DNA from: an uncultured virus (IMG/VR IMGVR_UViG_3300021364_000014)
Lineage: Duplodnaviria; Heunggongvirae; Uroviricota; Caudoviricetes
Strand: one strand, 5' to 3'
Virus record (IMG/VR): IMGVR_UViG_3300021364_000014
DNA length: 64,000 nt
In this document: positions 37,489-46,766 of the stretch, one piece after another
Layout of the letters: each line of letters opens with the position of its first letter
Position numbering within the stretch: position 1 is the first letter of the stretch
Notes under the pieces: model-generated
Databases searched by the model: none
The model's input: only the letters and a program-made list of their open reading frames with translations
Told to the model about the DNA's origin: nothing
Translations under genes and position numbers: made by a program

Positions 37489-38031
37489 TCAGGGAATGAA
37501 ATTAAAGTTGATGACAAATCGAGAGTTGTGCGTAGGTTTACTACTTGAATGAAAGCGCAAACCATCAAAGAACACACAACGTCCTTTCTTTGGTGTGACA
37601 GTGCTATTTATGGGATATTCGGCAATCGGATCTCCGTACATCCTTTCACTAAAATACGTATCACCGTCACTATCATTGACATAATACAGACATACCATAT
37701 GTGGATCTGCCATATCTACATGCATAGAATCATATTCTTTATGTCTAATGCCAGGTGTCTGCAAAAAACATCTACCACGGATGACTTTCGAAACACTGAT
37801 ACCTGTATTATAACACGCTTCAAATAAAAGCGGCATGAACAATCCAGTGTATGATGTAGTAGATTTACCATCTAACAAAAACATATGAGAGAATCCTGGT
37901 AGTTGACTCTCTCCATCTTCGGATAGATTGTCATGGTAGACCCACCTAAAATCTGTATCAAATCTCATAGTTTCTTCGATGAGATTTTGGTAGTTAGGAT
38001 TGATGCAATTGTCTTTAATAATGTTCTTCAT
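37489..38031 (-). CDS. 2OG-Fe(II) oxygenase
   Basis: MHVD...YYVNDSDGDT...FHSS...RFVINFN. Confidence 0.85.
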   Translation of the reverse strand: MKNIIKDNCINPNYQNLIEETMRFDTDFRWVYHDNLSEDGESQLPGFSHMFLLDGKSTTSYTGLFMPLLFEACYNTGISVSKVIRGRCFLQTPGIRHKEYDSMHVDMADPHMVCLYYVNDSDGDTYFSERMYGDPIAEYPINSTVTPKKGRCVFFDGLRFHSSSKPTHNSRFVINFNFIP

Positions 38032-38620
38032 CTGGTCCCTCCACATTCCAAGTAAGATTTCCAGATACAGTCACTCGCTCATCAGTAGTAGATTTGAATG
38101 GATAGACTGCATGTTTTGTGGTGGACGGGAACATAAGTATAACACCATTCCAAGATTTATCAACTGGTAATACTTCTGCTTCTAACTGAAACGCACCATT
38201 ACTACTATGAGTGGTTCTCTCTTCTGCTCCGTATGGTATATCGACAAAGATAACAAAACTTACAATACCAGAGTGTGTATGGACTGGATTGTATTCATTC
38301 TGTCTTTGGTAATTTACCCAAAGGTTTCTTAGTTTGATAAAAGGTGATACGTCTCTTGTCTCTTGAAAATCCCATGGACAAGTTTTATATACTTCATTCC
38401 ATAGATCTCTGGACAAATCAACAACATAGTCTTCAAATCCAGGACATTCATACTTCCACTCAGACAAACTTGATTGTTGTTCTAGAGCACCAGCCAATCT
38501 TGTGTTGTAGTTCCATGTCTCATCTCCTCTACGATTTCTTGTATAAGCAAGAAGATCTCTGTATAAGTTGTCTGGTATCTTCTCAGATATAAATGAAAGA
38601 TTACTTTGTTGATAAATCAT
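38015..38620 (-). CDS. 2OG-Fe(II) oxygenase (HxH type)
   Basis: YNPVHTHSG...FPSTTKHAVYP...RVTVSGN. Confidence 0.85.
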   Translation of the reverse strand: MIYQQSNLSFISEKIPDNLYRDLLAYTRNRRGDETWNYNTRLAGALEQQSSLSEWKYECPGFEDYVVDLSRDLWNEVYKTCPWDFQETRDVSPFIKLRNLWVNYQRQNEYNPVHTHSGIVSFVIFVDIPYGAEERTTHSSNGAFQLEAEVLPVDKSWNGVILMFPSTTKHAVYPFKSTTDERVTVSGNLTWNVEGPDEEHY

Positions 38621-39132
38621 GGATACAAATCAGCACTTATACTATATCGTTTTTGATCTTCCACTCCTTTGCCAGGTGTATGTGGTAGATTTGATGGAAA
38701 TATAAACCACGTCATTAAATTACTTGGTAAGTAATACGGGTCTCTTCTTGGCATGGGGAACATAGTAGTTCCAGACTCACCTAACTTCACATACATTATA
38801 CCAGACAACGTAAATGGATTCTCTGGGTTATGGCAGTGCATGTATGGCTCTATCGGATTTTTATCCCAATCAACATACACCCACGAATTCATATTGTAAT
38901 CAAATATATCCATACCCCAAAACCTAGAACAAGCATCGTAGAATGACCATCTAAGTTTTTTGATCATAGGGTTATCTTGCTCTAAGAAATCATCCTTACC
39001 CTCATTGAAAGTAAGTTTAGATACGTGAGCCATGTTCTTAGAAAGACTGCCCTCTGCAATAGAAGTATCGATGAATTCTATGAGTTCGTCAGCATCAATA
39101 TCGACAGGATATTGTTTGATTCCTAATACCAT
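38617..39132 (-). CDS. 2OG-Fe(II) oxygenase (HxH type)
   Basis: MHCH...SGIMY...FPSNLPHTP...RYSISAD. Confidence 0.8.
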   Translation of the reverse strand: MVLGIKQYPVDIDADELIEFIDTSIAEGSLSKNMAHVSKLTFNEGKDDFLEQDNPMIKKLRWSFYDACSRFWGMDIFDYNMNSWVYVDWDKNPIEPYMHCHNPENPFTLSGIMYVKLGESGTTMFPMPRRDPYYLPSNLMTWFIFPSNLPHTPGKGVEDQKRYSISADLYP

Positions 39133-39704
39133 TTTCTTTTTGTTTGTGCAATAATTTTATCATGGATATCAGGATCACAAAATGAGAATGCTATGGTAGT
39201 CCTGAGTTCATTACCAATCAAACTATTAGGAGGTTGACCTTTGTGTAACCAGTTAGATGGAATGAATACACCACTGTTAGGAACATATGGAGTAAAATGA
39301 TATTCTTCATCGGGAGTCTGACATACAAACTCTCCTCCCCATTCTACATCCCAGTATGGTTGGTTGAAATAGATGAACGTCCATACTCCATGTTCTTCCC
39401 AATCTTTATGGAAGAGAGTATTCTGACCTGCAGTCTGACCATTAGCATGGATCTTGCATAGTTTGATATCTCTACGCAAGTGCTTCATCATTTTCAATCT
39501 AACTGTAGTAGCACACTTAGTAAAGATCAAATCTGTCCTAAGAGGATGTTGCCACGATACAGGATCTCCCTGACCATAAGACGCATTGTTGTACGTCCAC
39601 GTGGCAAGACTATTCATAGAAGGTGATTTGCGATCAAAATAGTCCCACAAAGTAAGTCGCTCTGATTTTGATAGAACGTTATTAATAACAATCGGTTTAT
39701 TCAT
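39123..39704 (-). CDS. 2OG-Fe(II) oxygenase
   Basis: FHKD...WGGEF...LHKG...RTTIAF. Confidence 0.85.
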   Translation of the reverse strand: MNKPIVINNVLSKSERLTLWDYFDRKSPSMNSLATWTYNNASYGQGDPVSWQHPLRTDLIFTKCATTVRLKMMKHLRRDIKLCKIHANGQTAGQNTLFHKDWEEHGVWTFIYFNQPYWDVEWGGEFVCQTPDEEYHFTPYVPNSGVFIPSNWLHKGQPPNSLIGNELRTTIAFSFCDPDIHDKIIAQTKRKWY

Positions 39705-40264
39705 ACCCACCAAATCCAACCAGTCATAATATATTTTTCTTGAGTCTCTGATATCTGTCCTCTATGCTTATGAGTTAATGCGGCGGGGAAGATTACAGTT
39801 TTACCTTTTTCTGCCTTGACTGTGTAGTCTTGATAGAAAAATTCTGTTCCACCATCTGGAACATCATTTAGATATGTGATATACACGAATGCTCTATCAC
39901 ATCCATCTTTACCAGAACCATCAACATGCCAAGTGTAGAATCCATCTCCAGGTTTGTAATACTGAATCTGTGGCAAACGTTCCATTACAAATTCTTGATT
40001 CATAATCTGAAGAGAGTTTAGATAGTCGTCAACAAAACTATCCAACTCCGCTCTATACTTATCAAATTTGTAATCCATTGCGGATCCTAAAGGACCTGCA
40101 TCTTCAATAAAAAAGTCTTTGCTTTTTTTAATTTCTGGAATGACACTACCACCACCTACACGTCCAGCGTATGTCAAATCTTTTTTGTCTGCATCATGAA
40201 AAAGATCTATGAGTCTATCACAGATAGAAAGGTCTGATAATGCGTACTCTCTAATAAATTTCAT
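39701..40264 (-). CDS. 2OG-Fe(II) oxygenase (prolyl-4-hydroxylase-like)
   Basis: WHVD...YLNDVPDGGTEF...THKHRG...KYIMTGW. Confidence 0.88.
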   Translation of the reverse strand: MKFIREYALSDLSICDRLIDLFHDADKKDLTYAGRVGGGSVIPEIKKSKDFFIEDAGPLGSAMDYKFDKYRAELDSFVDDYLNSLQIMNQEFVMERLPQIQYYKPGDGFYTWHVDGSGKDGCDRAFVYITYLNDVPDGGTEFFYQDYTVKAEKGKTVIFPAALTHKHRGQISETQEKYIMTGWIWWV

Positions 40265-40845
40265 TGCCAAGCGGGTCCTTGTACCCATCCTACCAGAGAT
40301 GTTCTAGTACCACTAGTAACAGGAAGAACAGTATGCGGTGTATCTGCTCCAAAGAAAATAGCTTCTCTTTCTTTCAACTCCATAGTTCTTCTATCTCCTG
40401 CTGCATCGATTGAAAATTCACCACCTTCAAACTCACCTGGCAAAACAATACTGAAACTCATTTTTCTAATTCTGTTACCCTCTCTTCTATTTGGAGTCCA
40501 ATCTCCCTCATCAATATGCCAATCATAATAATCTGTGGGACCATAAACGGTATATTGAAGAGGTTCGATAAAGTCTAATTTTATATTCCAAAGCATTTTT
40601 GAGTTAGCAAACTCTACCAATCCATCCAATAACTCAAACACTCTTGGATTGTCAATAAAAGATACTTTACATTGCCTATCCTTTGTTATTTGACCACCAC
40701 CAACTTTTGCAACCATCAGATTTTCCTCTGCAATAGCCAATCCTTCTTTCTGCATATGTCCAGATTCATTGATTGCCTGCATTAGCATATTAAAAAAATC
40801 TTCTTCTAATTTGATTTTGAAGTATTGATATTTAAAAGAGTTCAT
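40261..40845 (-). CDS. 2OG-Fe(II) oxygenase (PKHD-type-like)
   Basis: YDWHID...RKMSFS...FEGGEF...PHTVLPVTSGTRTSLVGW. Confidence 0.88.
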   Translation of the reverse strand: MNSFKYQYFKIKLEEDFFNMLMQAINESGHMQKEGLAIAEENLMVAKVGGGQITKDRQCKVSFIDNPRVFELLDGLVEFANSKMLWNIKLDFIEPLQYTVYGPTDYYDWHIDEGDWTPNRREGNRIRKMSFSIVLPGEFEGGEFSIDAAGDRRTMELKEREAIFFGADTPHTVLPVTSGTRTSLVGWVQGPAWQ

Positions 40846-42524
40846 TTTGAAATTACCATAACATGTATACCATTCCACCATCCATTAGGATCTTCTGGAA
40901 TCTTGGTTAGAATCTTTCTTTCAAACAAAAGATTTAAGTTGTTCTCTTTTACAAAGAACTCTGCTGCTTGCACAACACCCATAAAGTTTGCATCGTCAAT
41001 AACAAGGATAAACTTGTCTGCAAATGCTGGAATCAGGAATGTGAGGTTATCATATTGAGCTTGTGGATCGTGATCAGCATCATAGAAAATAACATTAGGT
41101 TTTTTATGTACATGTCTGGGAGTCAGATCCTGAATAGTATTCGGACAGAAGTATTGTTTCTCTCTCAATCCACGGAAGAAAACTTTTTTTGGATCATCAT
41201 ATGATTCCATTTCAACGTCATCTCTAAATGGAGAGATCTCTTTCTCTGAATAATCATCAACAGCAAACGCTTCTACATCTCTGTTCATGGTAGCAGCAAA
41301 GAATGTACTACCAGCATGTACACCCAACTCCATGTAGATAGCGTCAGGTTTGGATAGTAGATTATTCAAGAAGTGTCTTACAGTATTAGAAGATAATCCT
41401 TCGTAATTAAATCCCTCTTCTACAAACTCACTATCACCTCTTGCTGCTTTTTCGATAGATGACAGAACCAATTCGATGTCCTCGTCAAAGTGTCTATCGC
41501 TTCTCTTCATTCTAGATTGCACAACAGAGTCGCAGTAGTTGCACTTCCAACAATCAAAACCACATGTCTTGATCTTCTCTCTCCAAATATCGATTGGTTT
41601 TTCTTCGAGAGTTACATCTTCAATGTAGTCATTGAACTGTGGGTGTAGCAACTCCTCATCTGCTGCCCATCGCTTGATGATGTCCATGCTTTCCATAAGA
41701 CGCATTGCATTCTCTCTGCCATGCATCTTGAATACATCAATACCTAGATCAAGAAACTCTTCCCAATCTTTTTTCCATGGTGGAATGGTTGCTGCTTTCA
41801 GTGATGCAGCAGGATCTCTCTCGTCCCAGGTAGAACAAGATACCCTACTCAAACTAGTATTGAAATACTGAGGATCATCTTTCTCTCTCACCATATTGTA
41901 GTGATAGTGTTCTGGCATGATAGGACAACCACCCCAGCACCACTCGTTAGCAAGTAGTGAGATCTTTACTGGTTTGCCAATTTCAGCACAGTATTCTTTT
42001 GCTTCTTTAATTCTCAGTAGAGTATCTCTATCACGCATGAGATCTCTATCTAAGTTGACATAATGAAACCCTGCTTTTGCTAGGTTTACAATTTCATTAG
42101 GTCTAGTAACTTCTCTAAGAATAGTGTTTTTGATGAACAGTTCGGGAAACTCCTTCTGCAACTGTCCAGTCAATACCCATGATGTATGTGGGATAGTAAT
42201 GATACGAACTCCTGCATCATACAGGAATCTAAAATTCTCGATGAAAATATCCAGGTTCTCTTGTGTTGGTGGAACTTGAATATTATTAAATGTAGCAGAC
42301 AGGGGAATACCTGTTTCCTGAGAAACAAACAAGGCATTGAGAGTGGTATCTCTCATATCCCCATCAATAACATCACCCATCGCATCCTGCACAAACGGCG
42401 GCATACGACAGGTGAAGTAAATATCGTAGATGTATTCCTTATGTTCCTTGAGAAAAGGAATAAAGGTGTTTAGTACAAAGTCTTCAGGAAGCTTTGTATT
42501 CAGCGGGATCGAGAATCTTGCCAT
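40842..42524 (-). CDS. U32-family (Fe-S hydroxylase-like) domain fused to a class I SAM methyltransferase
   Basis: N-terminal LDRDLMRD, NEWCWGGC, C, FKMHGRE and CGFDCWKCNYC; C-terminal MELGVHAGST, FYDADH, VIDD. Confidence 0.75.
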   Translation of the reverse strand: MARFSIPLNTKLPEDFVLNTFIPFLKEHKEYIYDIYFTCRMPPFVQDAMGDVIDGDMRDTTLNALFVSQETGIPLSATFNNIQVPPTQENLDIFIENFRFLYDAGVRIITIPHTSWVLTGQLQKEFPELFIKNTILREVTRPNEIVNLAKAGFHYVNLDRDLMRDRDTLLRIKEAKEYCAEIGKPVKISLLANEWCWGGCPIMPEHYHYNMVREKDDPQYFNTSLSRVSCSTWDERDPAASLKAATIPPWKKDWEEFLDLGIDVFKMHGRENAMRLMESMDIIKRWAADEELLHPQFNDYIEDVTLEEKPIDIWREKIKTCGFDCWKCNYCDSVVQSRMKRSDRHFDEDIELVLSSIEKAARGDSEFVEEGFNYEGLSSNTVRHFLNNLLSKPDAIYMELGVHAGSTFFAATMNRDVEAFAVDDYSEKEISPFRDDVEMESYDDPKKVFFRGLREKQYFCPNTIQDLTPRHVHKKPNVIFYDADHDPQAQYDNLTFLIPAFADKFILVIDDANFMGVVQAAEFFVKENNLNLLFERKILTKIPEDPNGWWNGIHVMVISK

Positions 42525-42714
42525 ACTCTACAATCACTTTCTCCATATAAATGTGTTCAGCTTCTGGATTGGTTTCCAGAATATACTTGTTCTCTTCCGC
42601 AAGCGCCATTAGCTTCTTACGATCAAGATCTTTGTTCTTATCTTCCAACTCAAATCTGTCATAGATTGAGTAATGGATGATGGGAAGTAATTCAAGGTGT
42701 CTTTGACTCGCCAT
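42484..42714 (-). CDS. Hypothetical protein
   Basis: 76 aa from MASQRH; overlaps both neighbours. Confidence 0.6.
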   Translation of the reverse strand: MASQRHLELLPIIHYSIYDRFELEDKNKDLDRKKLMALAEENKYILETNPEAEHIYMEKVIVEYGKILDPAEYKAS

Positions 42715-43546
42715 CGTTAGATTGCTCGATTTGTAGTTGTCCTGAGTATTTATGTTGCTGAAGCTTAGGTAATGCAATACCCTCTTGCTGCAACTGTGCC
42801 TGAACTTGTGGAGCGATCATCTTATTAAGTTTATCAATTCCACCACCAATCATACCAGAGTATTTGACTGCGATACCAAGTGCTTCTACTTGATCTTCTT
42901 CTGGCATGTCCATGATTGATGTCATATTACCAGCACCAATCCTACCATATGAAACGATGTCCATTGCTGCCTGCTTACCCATACGGGCAATCCAATAAGT
43001 CTTGACTTCGTGTGGTTGCTCTGTTGTAAAATACTCTAGAGGATAACCATTTTCTTCGTCAACATATTTGTCAACAACATTCAAGAAATACTTGAGCTCC
43101 AGTTCAGACTGTCTAAGTTTTCTTTTCCAGATACCAATATCATAATCGTTCTTTTCTAGATCGATCTGCATTAGTTCTCTATCGAGTTCGTCAGGAACTT
43201 GTTCCATGTCCCTAACTAATCTCTTTCTTAGAATTTCTGCTTTTCTAAGACTGTTTCTATTCTCCATGTAGGCATGATACCTAGTCTCAAGTTCCATCAA
43301 TGCTTGACGAACTTTTCTCCATGGAGTGAGTTGAGTATCAGCAACAAAGTGCTCACACTCATATTCTGTCATGCCACTATTGAATCTCATACTGGCAGAC
43401 AATACATCAAAGTCTTTCGATGTTAGACCGAACTCGTCTACAAAAGATTTTGATAAATGAATTTCGCCCGTGTCCGAGCTAACAATGTTTCTTACGTCTG
43501 AAACGATATCAGATAAACTTGCGTCAGAATTTAAAGACATATGCAT
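42692..43546 (-). CDS. Hypothetical coiled-coil protein
   Basis: TPWRKVRQALMELETR..., YWIARMGKQAAMD, GRIGAGN. Confidence 0.7.
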   Translation of the reverse strand: MHMSLNSDASLSDIVSDVRNIVSSDTGEIHLSKSFVDEFGLTSKDFDVLSASMRFNSGMTEYECEHFVADTQLTPWRKVRQALMELETRYHAYMENRNSLRKAEILRKRLVRDMEQVPDELDRELMQIDLEKNDYDIGIWKRKLRQSELELKYFLNVVDKYVDEENGYPLEYFTTEQPHEVKTYWIARMGKQAAMDIVSYGRIGAGNMTSIMDMPEEDQVEALGIAVKYSGMIGGGIDKLNKMIAPQVQAQLQQEGIALPKLQQHKYSGQLQIEQSNDGESKTP

Positions 43547-44333
43547 CAACCTCATACTCTGGTTTGCGATCCCAATCAGTTTCAGAGATCGTTCTGCCCA
43601 TTTCAATCGCTTGTTTTTGGGGCAAGAGGATTCCCATGTAATCCTCATATAAGATATTTAGGTCCCAAACAGTAGTGCAACTTTCAAACTTTTTGACTAG
43701 TGTTTGATACTCTACAAGCATTGTAGAAAGTTTATCTTCCCACTCTTCCGCTTTTTGTAGAATCTTATTTGCTAGAGCATCCTTATCGATATGTCTCTCC
43801 ATAGAGAGATAATCTAGGAAAGGAGTTCTGTGTCCATCTGCTCCTCTGTAAGTCAACCACTCCCTTGCTTCATGCTTCTGGATTTCCCAGGATGCAGACT
43901 CAAGATCTGTAGTATTTTTTAGATTTCTGAATCTAGTATTATATTCATCCTCAATGATTTCTTTTGCAAAAGCAACCATGAAATCAATAACATCTTTAAG
44001 AATGTTATCTGTCAACTCAATGGGAACCTTCATAATTTCGTTTGCAGGCGTCCATGCAAAACCTGCTTCACCTGTATTTACAGCGACCTTACCAAATGGT
44101 CGGATCTCAGAGAAGAAGTTAGATCCGTTATAAGCTTGCTGCTTAGTAACTTCTCTATACTTGTGCTCCCACTCTTTGTAAATAATTTGGAAGATATTTT
44201 CGCTGACCTCTACACAAGAGAAGTGCATCAGCGAAAACATTTCGTTGTAGTGCAAGCGAAGATCCCCAGTTGCCGATGCGTTGACAAACTGTTCTTGCTT
44301 GATTTCCTTTTCGTTGATGATTAGATATCTCAT
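43524..44333 (-). CDS. Hypothetical protein with a tail-fibre-chaperone-like C-terminal domain
   Basis: SWEIQKHEAREW...TPFLDYL...DALANKILQKA; TAATG overlap with the upstream gene. Confidence 0.6.
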   Translation of the reverse strand: MRYLIINEKEIKQEQFVNASATGDLRLHYNEMFSLMHFSCVEVSENIFQIIYKEWEHKYREVTKQQAYNGSNFFSEIRPFGKVAVNTGEAGFAWTPANEIMKVPIELTDNILKDVIDFMVAFAKEIIEDEYNTRFRNLKNTTDLESASWEIQKHEAREWLTYRGADGHRTPFLDYLSMERHIDKDALANKILQKAEEWEDKLSTMLVEYQTLVKKFESCTTVWDLNILYEDYMGILLPQKQAIEMGRTISETDWDRKPEYEVDAYVFKF

Positions 44334-45616
44334 TATTGTGCCTGATTTGCAGTGACAGCAGCGGCAGCAGAACAGCAACCGCCAGAAGATTGACCATAGT
44401 GACCCTTGGGTCTTGCAGCAGCACCAAGGTTGGTCTCAACATCAGTAGTGTAATCCCACTTAGTTGTGTGATTGTTCTGCTGACCATCATATTGACCCAT
44501 CATGTAACCATGGTCTTGACCCATCATGAAGTTCTCTTCACCATAAGCACGGACCTTAGTACCGTTCTTAAGACCAGCTCCAGAGGAACCGCTGTACTTC
44601 GTCCATGGGGAAGTAACATTGTTTCCAGTACCAGCATAGAAATGTCCGTACTTAGAAGGAAGGAACTTACAAACTCCGTCAGGAGCAGCGTTAGAAGACC
44701 ATCCAGCCCAACTATCGTTGGAATGATTGACATAATGTCTGCTACCACGGAAAGATGCCCAAGATCTATTTTCATCACCACAAGATGCGGTGTGGTCAGA
44801 ACCAGAAGGCGAGTTGCCTACCTGATACATGATCTCAGAGGGATAGTGTAGTTTACCAACAGCAGCGTTACCACCACCTAGGTTGTAACCAAATTGCTGT
44901 ACTTGTGCAGTAGCACATGCGTTTCTGTCTCTGTTGACAGGCATGTTCCAACCACCAACAACGGTGTATCCCATGACGCCTCTGGGGTCATCACCTTCAT
45001 AACCGTAGTTCGATGGAGAGTAAGTACCACCACCAGGGTTGCTTCCTGTAGTACCAAACATTCTCCTCATACCTGTGTGCAGGTTAATTGAGTCTGTATG
45101 ACTGGAAGATCCCGTAAACGAGTTGACGCAACCATGACCATATCCGAAGTAATCACTCCAAGTACAGTCAGCATAGGTCAATGCTCTAGTCAACTGCTCA
45201 CCGCAATAGAACGTGATGTCATTTGCGTGCCAAGTCTTGTTGACTGTTCTCCAAGGGTTGGATCCCTTGTACCCCGCCACCAGATAACCGTGGGTTATCA
45301 AACTTCTGTATCTAAATCCCGTAAGGGGAGCAGATGCAACGGTTTGTCCAGGATATGCCCAGAACACACCGTTCTCACCATCGGATACTAGATAAGATCC
45401 TCTGGTAATATTTGAAGGTTCAGGAATACCACCACCAACTTCATCCCACTCAGATCCATTCCAGATCTGTGCTTTATTCTCGTCAGTATTGTAAATAATC
45501 TGACCGACATTTGGAGTAGCTGGTCTATTGCTGTTAGTAAAGGATGGTAGTTTAAGACCCTGTGTGGTCAAACTAGCATTACCTGTAACAACTGTTCCAA
45601 CAGTTAATTGAGACAT
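44333..45616 (-). CDS. Probable fibre-tip protein: docking segment plus Kelch-like propeller
   Basis: RP...GQIIYNTD....IWNGSEW motif, then repeated (H/F)GY..G blades. Confidence 0.65.
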   Translation of the reverse strand: MSQLTVGTVVTGNASLTTQGLKLPSFTNSNRPATPNVGQIIYNTDENKAQIWNGSEWDEVGGGIPEPSNITRGSYLVSDGENGVFWAYPGQTVASAPLTGFRYRSLITHGYLVAGYKGSNPWRTVNKTWHANDITFYCGEQLTRALTYADCTWSDYFGYGHGCVNSFTGSSSHTDSINLHTGMRRMFGTTGSNPGGGTYSPSNYGYEGDDPRGVMGYTVVGGWNMPVNRDRNACATAQVQQFGYNLGGGNAAVGKLHYPSEIMYQVGNSPSGSDHTASCGDENRSWASFRGSRHYVNHSNDSWAGWSSNAAPDGVCKFLPSKYGHFYAGTGNNVTSPWTKYSGSSGAGLKNGTKVRAYGEENFMMGQDHGYMMGQYDGQQNNHTTKWDYTTDVETNLGAAARPKGHYGQSSGGCCSAAAAVTANQAQ

Positions 45617-45637
45617 GGGTGTATTCCTATCCTGATT

Positions 45638-45643
45638 TATTTA
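45638..45643 (-). promoter_or_regulatory. Late promoter core TAAATA
   Basis: 21 nt upstream of the ATG at 45616. Similar TAAATA cores precede g22, g20, g18, g17, g13 and the giant fibre. Confidence 0.6.
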
Positions 45644-45647
45644 GTGA

Positions 45648-46004
45648 CTATTCTGGTTTGGGATGATTCTCTTTGACAGATTTCACAGCAGCATACCAAG
45701 AGGAAGTATCTTTTCCTGGCACAAGACCAGATTCCATATCATGGAATAACATATCTAATTGATCTGATAGTTCTGGGTACTCCATTCTTCTACCGAGATC
45801 ATATGGAACCTCTTTTGGTTGCACTCTCTCAATACTTCTATCCTGAAAATTATAGAAGTAGTCTGCTTCTGTAGTTTTTGGTTCTAGTTTATATGGACCT
45901 TCGACCCAAAAGAAACCTTCATGAACTTCAAATCTTACATCAGTGCCGCCTCTCTTCATTTCGATGATGCGACCTGTTTCTTTATTTACTAGTGATTGAT
46001 ACAT
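45648..46004 (-). CDS. Tail fibre assembly chaperone-like protein
   Basis: From MYQSLV; RRMEYPELSDQLDMLFH...WYAAVKSVKENHPKP. The ORF-track extension overlaps the next gene. Confidence 0.65.
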   Translation of the reverse strand: MYQSLVNKETGRIIEMKRGGTDVRFEVHEGFFWVEGPYKLEPKTTEADYFYNFQDRSIERVQPKEVPYDLGRRMEYPELSDQLDMLFHDMESGLVPGKDTSSWYAAVKSVKENHPKPE

Positions 46005-46005
46005 A

Positions 46006-46761
46006 TCAAGTATACTCCCATACGATAACGCAACCAGCACCGCCGTTGCTATTGTTATGTGCAAAACCATTCTGTGAATAGTATCCATATGCACCGCCAG
46101 AACCCCACATTCCGTGGGTGTTTGCTGCACCATCACTGGAGTTGTGGTGGTTTGATCCAGCTTTATGCCAGAATGTAGATCCACCCGATCCTTCTCTATT
46201 TGATCCGTGTGACATTTCACCAGGACCACCAGGAAGGTTGATGTCGCCACCAGAAGCATCGCCACCTCTACCACCTTCATATGGGTTATCGGTATATCCA
46301 CCAGACCCACCACCTGCTGTGCAGTAAGAACCAAAGGTGGATGTTCCACCTCCGCCTCCTCTTCCACCATTTCTTACATATCCACCGCCACCACCATATG
46401 AGTAGGTCACACTGTTGACGTTGGAAACATCGATATATTTAATAGCGGTAGCACCACCGCCGCCACCAGCACCACGATAGTTATCATCGTTGCAACGTGC
46501 TCCACCACCACCACCAGTGACATACACTAGAACGTGGTTACAACCTGCAGGTTTTGTCCAAGTTCCAGATCCTCCAGCAGTGGATGTAACACCCCAAGAT
46601 CCAGTTTGAGATGTGTACACTTTGATGCCAATCAAAGCACCAGGAGTGGACATTTCGGAATAACCACTGCCATTCCAAATTTTCAATTTATCATCTTGCA
46701 GATCCATAATATTAACACCAGCGGTGTTTTGGATCTGGTCAACCTTTAGAATACCAGCCAT
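46006..46761 (-). CDS. Glycine-rich fibre-tip protein
   Basis: MAGILKVDQIQ start; GTWTKPAG, VTGGGGG, GGAGCVIVWEY. Confidence 0.75.
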   Translation of the reverse strand: MAGILKVDQIQNTAGVNIMDLQDDKLKIWNGSGYSEMSTPGALIGIKVYTSQTGSWGVTSTAGGSGTWTKPAGCNHVLVYVTGGGGGARCNDDNYRGAGGGGGATAIKYIDVSNVNSVTYSYGGGGGYVRNGGRGGGGGTSTFGSYCTAGGGSGGYTDNPYEGGRGGDASGGDINLPGGPGEMSHGSNREGSGGSTFWHKAGSNHHNSSDGAANTHGMWGSGGAYGYYSQNGFAHNNSNGGAGCVIVWEYT

Positions 46762-46766
46762 AATCT

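Noticed and set aside
46005..46370. N-terminal half of the 240-aa ORF 45648-46370
   Set aside because: It overlaps the Gly-rich gene out of frame; the ATG at 46004 directly follows that gene's stop
46006..46761. CCACC-rich repeats as a CRISPR array or DNA repeat
   Set aside because: They are poly-glycine codons with no fixed repeat-spacer period
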